The notes under the pieces were generated by a model. That model did no database searches. It saw only the letters and a program-made list of their open reading frames with translations, and had not been told where the DNA came from. DNA of 64,000 nucleotides, taken from contig CM119271.1 of assembly GCA_051294375.1 (NCBI GenBank), positions 13,764,372 through 13,828,371 of the forward strand, in the 5' to 3' direction. This stretch comes from Paraspadella gotoi (lineage: Eukaryota; Animalia; Chaetognatha). The translations under genes and the position numbers were made by a program. Numbering within the stretch: position 1 is the stretch's first letter; every line of letters begins with the position of its first letter. Below are positions 52,316 to 64,000 of this stretch, one piece after another.

Positions 52316-55035
52316 ATGGCATCTCGTCCGCGAACGAGTTTCGAAAAGAAACCTCGCGGCGGAAGGCGAGTGGAGATCGCGGGGACGAAACCTTCCCTGC
52401 ACAACAATCAGCTCCTTGTTTCTACGGGTGAGCAGCTGAGCAACGAGCGTTGGACGATCATTGTTTGCATTTTCATGTCTTTACCTCTGACGAAATACGT
52501 GAGGGAGTGGTCTTTTCACACAATACGTAAGGGAGTGGTCTTTTCACACAATACGTAAGGGAGTTGATAGGGTAGCCAGGTTCTCTGGGAGTGAAACCTC
52601 GTCGTGAGTCTTGATTGAAAGCTTGCTGCTGTGGCTTTTGCTTGTTAGTGATGGAGGCCTTAAACCACCAAAGCCTGTCCAAAGTCGGGGACAAGATTGC
52701 TTATTTATGAATTGAATGGATGATTTTTATATTGGTTGTACCATAGATTCATTTAAAATACGTTATGAAAATGGCAGATGTATTAAGCTGAAATACTATG
52801 CACGCAATATTAAAACTTATGGCAACAGCCGAGTTTCCCCGATTTCTTGGCGTTGTGAGCCACTGACGCAATTTCAATATTAGCGTCTCGTTTTGCCAAC
52901 GTGTACAAATACACGTAAAGTTTTTAAGGATTGTGGATTGACCGTGCGATCGGGATGGTGCGTTTTCCCGCTAGCCATCTAGAAATTAAATCGGTCAAGG
53001 CCTTTTAATTTACCGCTACAAGGTGCAATTTGCTAATAAACATAATTTACCGCTACAAGGTGCAATTTGCTAATAAATATAATTTACCGCTACAAGGTGC
53101 AATTTGCTAATAACATATTTACCGTACAAGGTGCAATTTGCTAATAAACATAATTTACCGCTACAAGGTGCAATTTGCTAATAAACATAATTTACCGCTA
53201 CAAGGTGAATTTCTAATAACATTAGGCGTTCCGTCCTTGGACGCGTTTCTTGGCGGAGGCGTGGCCGTGGGTTCTTTAATTGGTTGAAGAGGACGTCGTC
53301 GGCAGCTTCGCCGCGCTCATGCTGAAGTACTTCGTCGCCGAAGGTTGGTCACGTGTCACTTGCATATTTTTTTAGGTTTTCCGAGGAAATGACTATATTT
53401 TTCGTCGACGATCCTTTCCAGGCGTCGCCTGCGGCCATCCCTTCATCCTAGCGACCTCCGAACCCCGACGCAATTCTAAAACATCTCCCCCAGGCGGTCT
53501 CCCACGATACGCCCTCCGCCGCCGCCCGGAGCGAAGGCGCGGCCCAAGACTCTGAACTAAAAATCGCCTGGCGATACAAAGACGTCTCGGGCGACGCCGC
53601 GACGCGACGAGTCTCCTTCGGGCGCTACTTCGATCTCGGCGTCAACGTCGACGAGGAGACGTTGGCGAAGACGAGGAAGAGGATCGTTGACGTTGGAGTC
53701 AGGGTGGCTGGGAAAACGATAGAGACAGAGACGGCTGGGATGGTTGAGAGGCGAGACGGACTCTTTTCTTCACGTGATGAGAGAAACGCGTGAGTTTTTG
53801 ACGCAAGAGAAAAGTTTCGTCGATGCTGATAGTGAAACCGGAAGAACGACGCGTCTGCCGGGTGGCCGTTCAGGCGGCAGGTGGGTTTTGTGGCCGATCT
53901 AAACGCTCGGGTGTTTTTTTTTTTTAGGTATTCTATTTTTGGTAAAATTTCCTCCCCCCCTTCTCTTTGTTCCCCTCCTTTTGTCTTTCCCTTCTTTGTC
54001 CTCCCCTCTTCCTCCCTTCCCTCTTTGTCCTCCCTCTCTCCTCCCTTCCCTCTTCCTCCCTTCCCTCTTTGTCCTCCTCCCTCTTTCCTCCCCTTCCCTC
54101 TCTCTCCCTTCCCTCTTTGTCCTCCCTCTTCCTCCCTTCCCTCTTTGTCCTCCCCTCTTCCCTCTTTTGTCCCTCTCTTCCTCCTTCCCTCTTTGTCCCT
54201 CCCCTCTTCCTCCCTTCCCATAATCCTAGGCTCCCCTCTCTGGTCCTCCTCCTCCCCCTTCTTCCTCCCTCGCTTTTTCTTCTCCCTCAAATCCTTAACT
54301 CGTCGATGCTTCGCCGTCTCCTTCGTCACCGTCCCGACGGCGTCGTTGATGCCGACCGGCGCCGTCGGCCTCGACGTCGTCAGAGCGATCGAGCATTTGG
54401 CCGACTACGCGGTGGCGCTCAAGTCCTTCGCCGGAACGGATCAAGCCGACGATCCAGTCTTTAAAGGTAAAGGGAAGAAAGATTTTATTAAAAATAATCA
54501 ACATAAAAAAAGTAAAAATTATCTATAAATTGATTCAATAAATAGCCTACCATATCCTGTCCAACGTCAACGACACGAAAGCTTGAAGCCTCTATCCCTC
54601 TTATATCCCTGATATATATTATGATATGTATTATGTAGTTTGTAAACTCGATCTTTAACGTAAGGCGAGTTATTTGACTTCTACTTATATTGTGATGCTG
54701 TAGAAACAAGTCCAAATTCTTCTCCATCCTAACCTCCTTTCCTCCCACTCTCCCTTCAAGACTACCACGGCCTCCTCCGCTTGGTCAAACTCCCCAAACT
54801 CAATTCTCTCACCGCCTTCGTTCCCGAGACTCTCGACCTCGCCTTCAAGCTACGGCGGAAACGCTTTACCGTTGAGCGGCTGCATCTGCCGCCCGAGCTG
54901 GCGGAAACGCGGGAGCGCGAGCAGGACGAGACAACGATGACGAAGAAAAAGACGATGAAGAAGATGGGCGCGGCGGTGGGTTCCTTCGGCGGCGGCTGCG
55001 GCGGAATGTCTGGCGGATCGGATTTAGATTTTTGA
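52316..55035 (+). CDS. ELP4: Elongator complex protein 4 (multi-exon; apparent frameshift at about 53280)
   Basis: [76 protein letters not shown] and C-terminal LDF. Confidence 0.9.
53006..53222. repeat. 37-nt tandem repeat at the 3' end of ELP4 intron 1
   Basis: About 6 units of AATTTACCGCTACAAGGTGCAATTTGCTAATAAACAT. Confidence 0.9.
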
Positions 55036-55437
55036 TTAGAGAGATTCTTTTTGTTTATGAAAATGAACGCGTACTCTGTGCCTAATAGTTGAATATATAC
55101 ATCCCGTTTCGTTTATAAATTATTCGCAGTTGATTTTTCTTCCTTTTGTTTTCTCTTCTTTTACAGATTAGATAGGAAGATGTGATAGTCTTTTTTTTCC
55201 GTATTCGCATTAGGCTTTTCATAGCTTATACCCCTCACCGAACACTTGTTACTTGGAGCATATTATTAAAAAGAAAAAATCACTCGTGAGAAAAACCGTT
55301 CGGGTTTCGCGCTTGATCGAAGAAAGATGGAAGCGTCACTGAAATCTTTGATTCGACTATGACATTCATCTAAAAAAAAAAAGAAAAAAAAAACTATATC
55401 CTTCTGTTTTTATTTTAATCTATCCGCTATTGACGCC

Positions 55438-58400
55438 ATGACGGGCAAAACGGCGCCGCTGGAGGCAACGGCCATCCGGCGCCAGTCCAAAGGCGATCGC
55501 GGGTTGAGCGGCGCCGCGGGGGATGACGCCGGCAAAGCCGCTGCGTGCCTCCACTTTTTAGAAACTGGCGACGGCGGCGTCGATGGTAACGGCGGACAGA
55601 ACCTGCCGATGATTCTTGTGGAACAGGCGTCTCTAGTGTCGGCCTATCCTTATGCGACCGAGGATCCGGTGTACACGCCGCCGGGGGAAGACTCCACGCC
55701 CGGTTGGTAGTGGGATGGTGAATAGGAGAAGGAGTCAAGGGGGGGAAAAAGGAACTGCTGAAGTTAACAAAAAAACCGATTCTTGCAAATGGACATTGTA
55801 ACTTGGTTATAAAATCTGAAATTCATAGATGATATCATCTTGATGTTTAAAATTTGATGGCAGGGTAATGCGAAATATTTTGCCAAAAGCGGGCACTCAC
55901 TTGGTGAACGCCGCATGTCACAGCCGTAATTAAGGCGAATTCGGGTAGCACGAATCCGTTTTAGATGATGAGACAGAAATTCAATGGTAATATATCGAGG
56001 AGTAGTTCAGCAGTCCGAGCTTAGCTTCAAGTTGTAACAACTTGACAGGGACGGGGCGGTTAATCCGCCAGTAGCAACTGCAAGACAGCCACCGGCTTAG
56101 TCTAATTGCCATATAGTGAATATTTAATTATGGATAGTTTTAACAGAAAGAACTCTTTTTAATCGAATTTATTGTTGAAAAAAACTATAATATTATGACG
56201 AAACATTTAACAAATAAAATGTCCACAGCATGTTCCATCGACGAGTCGCTAACTTCTCCGACGTCGAATCATAAATCAACGACGACTGTTTTTGCTCCCA
56301 AAGAGAAACCAAGGTCGAACAAGAAAAAGAAGGGACCCTGGTATGTCCCCTCCGTCACTTGCATTCCCATCTTCATCATCGTCCTGCTGATTGGTGAGCC
56401 AAATAGAGAGAATAGGCGAGAGACGAATGGGGTAAAAGGGACCGATTCTCACGCCCTCTTCAGGCATGGTCGTCATGGTTCCCATCATCCTGGATAAGCA
56501 AAAGTTCAGCCAAGGAGCCGGCCTTTCCTCTCGATGCATGGACCCTTGCATAATAACTCTAGTGGAGAGCATTCCGCAAAACCTCACGTAAGACCTTTCG
56601 CTCTTGCGTGTGATTAGAACAGGATCGGGACCTTAGATCTTCAACCCTTTCCCCACCCTAACCCCATCTGCTCCCCAGTTATGCTCCCGGATCTGCGTCT
56701 CATACTTCCGTCTTCTCCGGGTGGCAAAATCTCCTGGAGATGGCCGAGTCTTCCATCAAGATCGCGTCATCTTATTGGTCGCTCCGCAGCGACGACACTC
56801 CAGACATGGGCACGAATACCTCGTGGCAGGTCAGAAGGATGGCCGGTGGACCCTTGCCATTAGTTGTAGCGGATGTGCGGCGGTAAGGGACACGACCCCG
56901 TTCTTTCACTCTGGAACCCTTTTACTACCCATTTTCGGACCTGACAGGGTGAAGAAATCTTCAAGAGCCTCTTGAACGCCGGAAAGGCTCGCGGGATTAA
57001 GATCCAAATCGCTCAGAGTCAACCCTCGCGGGGACAGCCGGACATCGACACTACTATTCTCGCTCAAAGTAAGTGGAGAGAAAGTAAAAGTAAGTTTCGT
57101 TTTGATGGAGAATGACCGTCTCCTTCAGGAAAAGCGGCGGAGGTTCGCTCGGTGAATCTCCAGCGACTTCTCGGCGCCGGAATTCTTCACACAAAGATGT
57201 GGCTCGTCGACGATCAACATTTTTATCTCGGCAGCGCCAACCTCGACTGGCGCTCGCTCACCCAAGTTAAGGTAAGGTTTTACAACGACGACAAAGTGGA
57301 AATTCCTATGCTCGCTAAGAAAAAGACTACGGTCGCATACTTTTACCTTATTTTCTACAAAAACGAATGCCACATTCTACAATTAGCCAATTCGATTCCA
57401 TTCGCTTTTCTGATTTTACGTTTCGATTCATATCATTTTATCTAAACCACCTCGACTTGGTTCGTTTCAATGAGAGCACCTTTCTTCCCAAAGGAACTGG
57501 GCGTCATCGCCTACAACTGCTCCTGTCTCGCGCGAGACTTGGCCAAGATTTTCGACGTCTACTGGACCGTGGGGGCGGTCAGCCCTAACGGCACGCTGCC
57601 GAAGCATTGGCCGGTTAGAGACGTCACGGCCGTCAACTCGACCAGTCCCATGAGCGTTAAGTTCAACGAAACGCAACCAGCCCTCGCGTAAGTCGAGTGG
57701 TTTTTAAGGGGTGGGAATAACCCTAGAAGTTAGCATCGTTCAGTGAGAATTGAGATATGAATGGTGAACTTAGTTACAGATATAGAGACTGATTAACTGA
57801 AAGAGTAATGGAGATTAGGAAAAAAATTAATAAACCTTTATGGTTAGCCTATATGATAATTGATAAAGACACGGCAATATGTAAATGAGATTAATGAACT
57901 CAATTATATAAAACGATCTACTATGACAACGGGGGAGACATGTGTGATGCCTGGGGTGTGAGGCATCTCCAGACAGCTGGCGTTCAGGGCTTTGGACCTG
58001 CAGTGACCACCCCATGACACCATCACACTTTAACCAGCGTGACCGTGAGGGAATTGAACCCGGAACTCACGGTGGGTGAATGAGTACTTAGATGTCCATT
58101 GTCCAAGCCAATGGGACGAGCTGAGTTTTATCAAGCTATCCAGGAGGCGAATTTAGGATTCGCCACAATACAGTAGTTTATTTCGGTCGGGAAAGAGTGA
58201 CCAAAGGAAAACATCGATGGAGTGAAAATGCACGAAGCCTTTTTTCCACCTCCAGGTACTTCTCAAGTTCCCCGCCGCAGTTGTCGCCCGAGGGTCGCGA
58301 GGAAGACATCAACGCCGTCTTGAAGGTCATCCGCGACGCCAAGAAGTTCGTTCACATCGCCGTCATGGACTTTGTGCCCGCCTTTCTCTACAGTGGCCAG

Positions 58401-59160
58401 GTTTTGTCAATTTTTGGTGGACTTTTTCTGGAATTTCCTAAAAAAAAAAAATTACATTACAAAATGCTACTCGAATGAAACCAATGTGATGAAGATTAAG
58501 TCGGTGTGACTTTTTGGTTTCACTTTGATCAATCCAGTCCCAATATTGGCCCCGAATCTCCGACGCCCTCAAATCAGCCGCCATCGATCGCGCCGTTCAA
58601 GTCAAACTCCTCACCAGCAACTGGACGCACACGAGGTTAAAAATGAAATTAACTAATAAGTTTAACGAGTGAATTAATTCTTTTTTTTTCTTGCCCCATT
58701 TTAGGCGCGAAGAGATTCAATTCTTAAAATCCTTCCAACTCGTCGACGGAATCTACGGCGCCGACATCAAAGTCCGACTCTTCACGGTCCCGTCCTTCAC
58801 GGAGGCTCAGGCTAAGATCCCCTACGCCAGGGTCAATCACAACAAATACATGGTCACGGGTGAGTTTGGCTTTCCAAAAAAATATATATATATATAAAAT
58901 TCGACATATCTTAACGAGATTCCATTCTCCTCGGGTTTCTCTCAGACAACTGCGCTTACGTGGGCACCTCCAACTGGTCCGCCGACTACTTCGTCAACAC
59001 CGGCGGCATCGGCCTCGTCGTCAACGAAACGGTCGAAGCCGACGACGAGATTCTCGACGACGTCGACGCCGACGATGGAAACAACTTCCGGAGTCAACTC
59101 GCCGAAGTCTTCCTCAGGGACTGGGGATCGGAGTGGGCGAAGCCCTTGGAGGGGTTGTGA
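55438..59160 (+). CDS. PLD3: Phospholipase D3-like 5'-3' exonuclease (type II membrane protein), multi-exon
   Basis: Hydrophobic TM segment, LVESIP, HKD-type motifs [30 protein letters not shown] and [27 protein letters not shown]. The start codon choice is less certain. Confidence 0.92.
57925..58120 (-). mobile_element. tRNA-derived SINE-like element in PLD3 intron
   Basis: The minus strand has A-box-like TGGCTTGGACAATGG and B-box-like GGGTTCAATTCCC. Confidence 0.45.
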
Positions 59161-59177
59161 AAAGAAGGCGGAGACGG

Positions 59178-59287
59178 TTTGTGGGGTGGTTGTGGCGTTT
59201 GAGTGTGGAGCGGGTTTTTGTGGGCTTTTGAGTGTGGAGCGGGTTCTTGTGGGCGTTTGAGTGTGGAGCAGGTGCTTGTGGGCGGTG
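59178..59287. repeat. About 29-nt tandem repeat in PLD3 3' region
   Basis: TTGTGGGCGTTTGAGTGTGGAGCGGGTT, 3-4 copies. Confidence 0.8.
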
Positions 59288-61330
59288 GTGGTCTAGATAG
59301 TTGGAGGAGGCGCTCTAGATGATAGTTCTAACGAATCGAGGATAAAACGGTTTCACGGTTTGGTGAGGGGGGTTTCAAAATGTTTTTTTTTTAAACTAAG
59401 AAAAGGTTTTTTTTTTTTTAAATTATAATGAATACACTTCTTTGATTTAATTTACAAAGGAACAATCTTTTCACAAAAATGTTTATTATATTTTATGGTG
59501 GAATACTTTTTGGCTTGTATTGATAGTTAAGTGTTATTAAAGAACAAGCTGTTAATGTCCAAAATACCGAATTCCATCATTTTACTGGTTTGGTGATGAC
59601 GATTTCTTGGTTAACGCGATTTACTGGGCTTTTTTATTAAGATTTTTTTTTCCCGTCCTTTTCGCTGTGGTTATTTTTCACCAGTTAATTTTACAAAAAT
59701 CAAGTTGGTCAAATTCTGATTTGGAATTTGTGACCTAGTTTTAGTCAGAACAATCGTGCCATTATAAATTAAATATACGTAGAGCAGTCTTCAGCAGCAT
59801 GTTAACTTATTTACAAGGTTAACATTTTTATTTTTAAACGGCTCTTCCCATTTACTAATTGAGTTTAATCTTTTAACAAAAGTTAATTTCAGCGAACTTT
59901 CTTTGTATTTTTAGTCAGTGTTTTCCACTCGTTTTTAAATGGTTTGAATGTATATTCGTTAACCAATTAGTACTAAAAATTCTAAAATTGAAATTAACAT
60001 AATTCCATTTCGTGGGGATTAAAAATCCAAAAAATGTCCATCATTGACCGTACCTCTTCGTTCTTCGACATTTGTCGTCGTCTTCCCGCTAATCATTAAT
60101 CAATCATTACAGTATTTCCTCGTTCGTTCGTCTTACAAGAAATCAACTGCGTTTCGCATGCGTTTTCTCGACACTAGTTGATTATTGTTATCATTTTTGT
60201 CTGTGTCTTTATGTCAGCGTCTGAAAGATTGTTTTGGTTTTCGCTCGACGTTGCAAATCCAATTCGAATGAGACGTGGCAAACGGACGAAACTCGTTTTT
60301 TTTTTCTCGCTCCATTTAGTTTTCTGTCGTTTTTTTATCATTTTTTAAAAAAAATTTTGAATCATATCAGCGAATGATCCTTTTCCGTTTTTCAAGCGCT
60401 TTTTATTCTCCGCCGATGCCTTTTTGTTTTTCTTTTTCTACCTCTTATGCCTTTATTTGCGCCTTGAGAAGAAGCTTCTTATTTTTATTTAGTTTATGAA
60501 TTAACAATTTAACACCGAACTGACAACTTGTTAGTCGTCAACTATCACTGGAATTTTAGTGTGCGATTTGTTTTTTGTTTTTTTTCGTGGATGCTAGAAC
60601 TCTGTTCCTCTTACCCGTGTCTTGTCACGAACTGCTGTTGTGGTGATGATGTTTGCCTCCTTTCTTTGTTCCGCTAATAATCTAATGTTTGTTTTCAATA
60701 ATTCTCCTCTTTGCTCCCAGCCTTGAAATAATGCACTTTACCAAATTTTGGGAATAAAAGTTTAAGCATGATGATTTCGTAATTTGTAGTATTTGTCTTC
60801 ACTCAAGGTTATAACTTATACGTGCAAATTTTCAATTTTCTAGCGGATCTTCCATGAAATTTAAATTGTACGAAGGCGGACTCTTCAAACGTCACTTATT
60901 ACGAAACATCCAATCTCTTCCCCATCTTTCTTTTCTCTGTTGCATCCATGTTCGTCTCTACTCGGCGTTGTTGTTGTTGTTGTTTTCGCTTTCTTCTCTT
61001 CTCTCTCTTCCTTTTCTTATTTCGCTGAGATGGTTCATCGAACGATACTCATCCCTGCCCCTTTCCCCCCCCCATTAACCAATTTTTCCTCGATTTTGTT
61101 GTTTCTCTTCGATTTCTTTGTCAATTCTCGATTCGTTTCTCTCGCGACTTCTTGCATCCCAGTGCGTCTTTTCATCGATCCGCTCTCCACCTCCCTATTT
61201 GTTATTTTTCTTTCTTTCTTCTGTGTTACGAATTAAATTAAAATAATTTATTGCTTCGATTATTCGATCTACATTCCAGATCGGAGAAAAAAAGTGTTTT
61301 TCTCAAGTTTCTGAGCGGCGACCAAAAACG

Positions 61331-62969
61331 ATGAGCGTCGGCGTCGACCGAGAATTCCCCGGCGTCGCCGTCGTCAAGATCGAAAGAGACGACGCCGCCG
61401 GAAACGCGAACGCCGGCGCGGACGACGTCGCCGGAACCGTCGCTGGGGTGGACGGCGCCGACATCGCCCTTCGATTTCAGAGCGAAGTCTTTCACGATTT
61501 TATTAAAATCGAAGCGAACGATTTAAAACCGGAAGCGGATGAACTCGGACGCGACGCGGGGATCGCGAAACCGGAAGCGAAAGAGGAACTCGATTTTTCA
61601 CGGGAGTTTGGTTCGACGAGAGCGAGACGAAAACGTCGTCGGCCTCAACGTTTTTTGGAAGAAGACGACGACGACGACGACGACGACACCGCGTCGATCG
61701 TCGAGGAGAAAAAGGGAGAAAAAATACGAAGAAAACGAAGAAGGAAAAAAATAAATGCACCTCAAAAACCTAAAAATCAAAACTTAGAGGATGCCAGTGA
61801 AAAAAATAATTCCGAAGATTCTAGTCGCTCCGACTTTAACGAAACCAGCGACTCGGAATCTCGATCATCTCCAGAATCTCAGCCACGCCCACCCGGACCG
61901 AGGCCCGCCAATCGTCGATGCCCTGTCTGCGCCAGGACTTTTTCTCGGCCAGAGTGCGTGCGACGACACGTGGATAGCGTGCATCGTCGTGTGCACGAAA
62001 TCCATTGCGTCGTTTGCGGCGAACTCTTTTCCAGTCCGGGAGTCTTGAGTCGGCACGTCCGCGTCGTTCACGAGGTGAGGCGCTGACGTCGTGGATCGGA
62101 TAGTCGTTTTGGGGGCAAATAATTTGTTTTTTTTTATTCCGGAGATGCAATCGAATCATTTGTGGAAAGATTTGGAATGATCTATTTGAATAATAATTGG
62201 AAAACTAAATCATTATTAAAAGTATTGCTAAAACCGTAAAATAAGACTACTATGAAAACTGTATCAAAAATATGAGAAATGGTCTAAACTGCTACAATAT
62301 GTAAATGAGATTGAAGAACTCAATCTCATTTGAAATGAACCACAAATTATTCTGCTACAATGACTGATGAGTCTTGTTCAACTGGTTGTTTTTAGTTGTT
62401 TTTTTTTTTTCAATTTTTTAATCTTCTCGATATTTTACGTTGCGAATATTGGAAGTATTTTTTTGTCAGTAGTGGTCTTCAGACTTACGGGCGTCTCGTT
62501 CCTTATTCATTGCAGAAAAAGTCGAACAAAATTAGCTGCGATGATTGCGGACAGTATTTCGCGGATTCTTCCATTTTGCGGAGACACGTGGTCAGCGTTC
62601 ACAAAAAGGTAAGTGAGGATCCGTGAATATTGGCAACGATGGTCGTCGACAACGTTTGTGCCGCGTTCCCTTCAGCTTTTCGAGTCGGAATGCGTGATTT
62701 GCGGCAAGATCTTCTCCAACTCTTTCGCCGTCCGGCGTCACGTGAGGGAACTCCACGAGCACGCCAAGGAATTCCCTTGCTCTCTTTGCGACCGATCCTT
62801 CGCCCGTCGAGATCTCCTCAATCAACACGTCAAACGGATGCACGAAGACGACAGGAGATTCTCTTGCTCGCCGTGCGGGAAGAGGTTTCTCTTGGAGGCG
62901 GAGTTGTTGGTGCACGAGAGGGGAAAGAGGCACGCCGAGAAAGTGGCGGAGAGTCGGGAGTCGGAGTAG
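61331..62969 (+). CDS. C2H2 zinc-finger protein (3 exons: 61331-62074, 62516-62608, 62676-62969 approx.)
   Basis: CPVCARTFSRPECVRRHVDSVH, CDDCGQYFADSSILRRHVVSVH and CSLCDRSFARRDLLNQHVKRMH. Confidence 0.88.
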
Positions 62970-63735
62970 AGGAATGGCAGAGTTTATTCGCTTAATACGG
63001 TTAATATTGATACTGTTAATACTTCAATACAAATAAATATTAACGTTAATCGTATTATTAATACGTATTAATTTTAAATGCGATCGATGACACGGTAATT
63101 AATAATGAAAAGTAGTTTTATTCATCAAAGCGCGAATGATAATACCATAGGCTGAATTCATATTAAAATGTTCTTCAAAAGTTTATTTCCAACACGAGAT
63201 CTGGTGAAAAAGTTCCCCCACCCGCCCCTGATTCTTTAGTGCCTCTGTCCCCTCTCACAACGCGTGTCGTGCCTTCTAGTCAGCCTTTTTGATCGTAGGA
63301 ATAATTTATTATTTTGACAAATTTGAATCCAATTTCAATTTGTTAGTTTAGTGTTTTGCGTTACAATTTTTATTTCATTTTTCTGATTTAGTTTGAGTTT
63401 GACTGAAATTATCTTTTGTTTTAATCTCGACTTTTTTTTTTTTCCTCTGTCGGATTCAACGTCAACCGAGCAACTGATGAGTGATGACTTTATCTTTTCA
63501 GCTGTTAAAATTATCGTCTCAGTTAGAAACACAATGTTAAAACTAAAAAGTCGAATATTATATTATATTCGTTGATGTATTTTGGTATTTTTTCGATCCT
63601 AGTCGCTATTATAACGATATTGATTGTTCTTGGAACCTACTCGGTTCGTTTTTTTCGTTTGGAGATTAACTATTTATTAATTTCATACTATTTCATTAGT
63701 TCAATATAAGATCAGTATATCTCACGATTAAAACA

Positions 63736-64000
63736 ATGGGAAAAGCCCCGATAAGACGGTCTTGGTTGGAAAAACCCGCTCAGAGAAGAACGAGACAAAG
63801 TCTGAGAATAATCGGCGATGAATCGGCGACGCCGCTGCGGCCGCCGCCGCTGCAACCGACCCCGCCTCCGCCGCAGCCCAATGTCGGACCGTCGCCTCCG
63901 TCCCCTCGCCATACACTTCCCGCGCCAGGAACCGGAAAGCGGAAACGTGTCACGTTGACTCTGACGCCGGAGGAATTTCCGGCGCGAATTAAAAGAATCC
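63736..64000 (+). CDS. 5' part of an unknown proline-rich protein, runs off the window
   Basis: Open frame MGKAPIRRSWLEKPAQRR...PPPLQPTPPPPQP...KRKRV with the exon-like GC composition of neighbouring genes. Confidence 0.55.
   Translation, partial: MGKAPIRRSWLEKPAQRRTRQSLRIIGDESATPLRPPPLQPTPPPPQPNVGPSPPSPRHTLPAPGTGKRKRVTLTLTPEEFPARIKRI

Noticed and set aside
43003-53222. Relationship between the 27-nt and 37-nt tandem repeats (both contain GGTGCAA...GCTAAT)
   Set aside because: The shared words are too short and the remainder is unrelated; probably chance.
51323-54528. Long F/P/L/S-rich ORFs and the antisense G/E/K/R-rich ORF
   Set aside because: Read-through of intronic pyrimidine repeats in AMZ2 and ELP4.

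Overview
This is eukaryotic DNA, most likely from an invertebrate animal, with GC-rich exons, short AT-rich GT-AG introns and AT-rich intergenic DNA full of non-autonomous transposons. There are two tightly packed gene clusters, all genes on the + strand. Cluster 1 (24.1-42.6 kb) holds Rab5, a BTB/POZ protein, an AT-hook/C2H2 zinc-finger gene, a triple-CCCH SP/RS-rich gene and ZC3H13/Flacc. Cluster 2 (50.3-64 kb) holds archaemetzincin, ELP4, PLD3, a C2H2 zinc-finger gene and the start of one more gene. Each cluster is preceded by a non-coding region (about 2.2-21.3 kb and 44.1-50.2 kb) that carries dozens of same-orientation copies of a short bipartite motif, GGTG-N2/3-GAAYG, often extended to AATWATT-N3-GGTG-N2/3-GAAYG. 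The copies are spaced about 45-60 nt apart with unique sequence between them. This conserved-motif/variable-spacer array is the main unexplained signal. Read on the minus strand it resembles an snRNA-type (SNAPc/PSE) promoter element, which suggests an array of autonomous small-RNA mini-genes analogous to nematode Ruby-motif piRNA loci; that interpretation is inference and untested. Also present are hammerhead-bearing Penelope-like fragments, many MITEs, a segmental duplication and several minisatellites. Coordinates were read by eye, and repeat and element ends are approximate.
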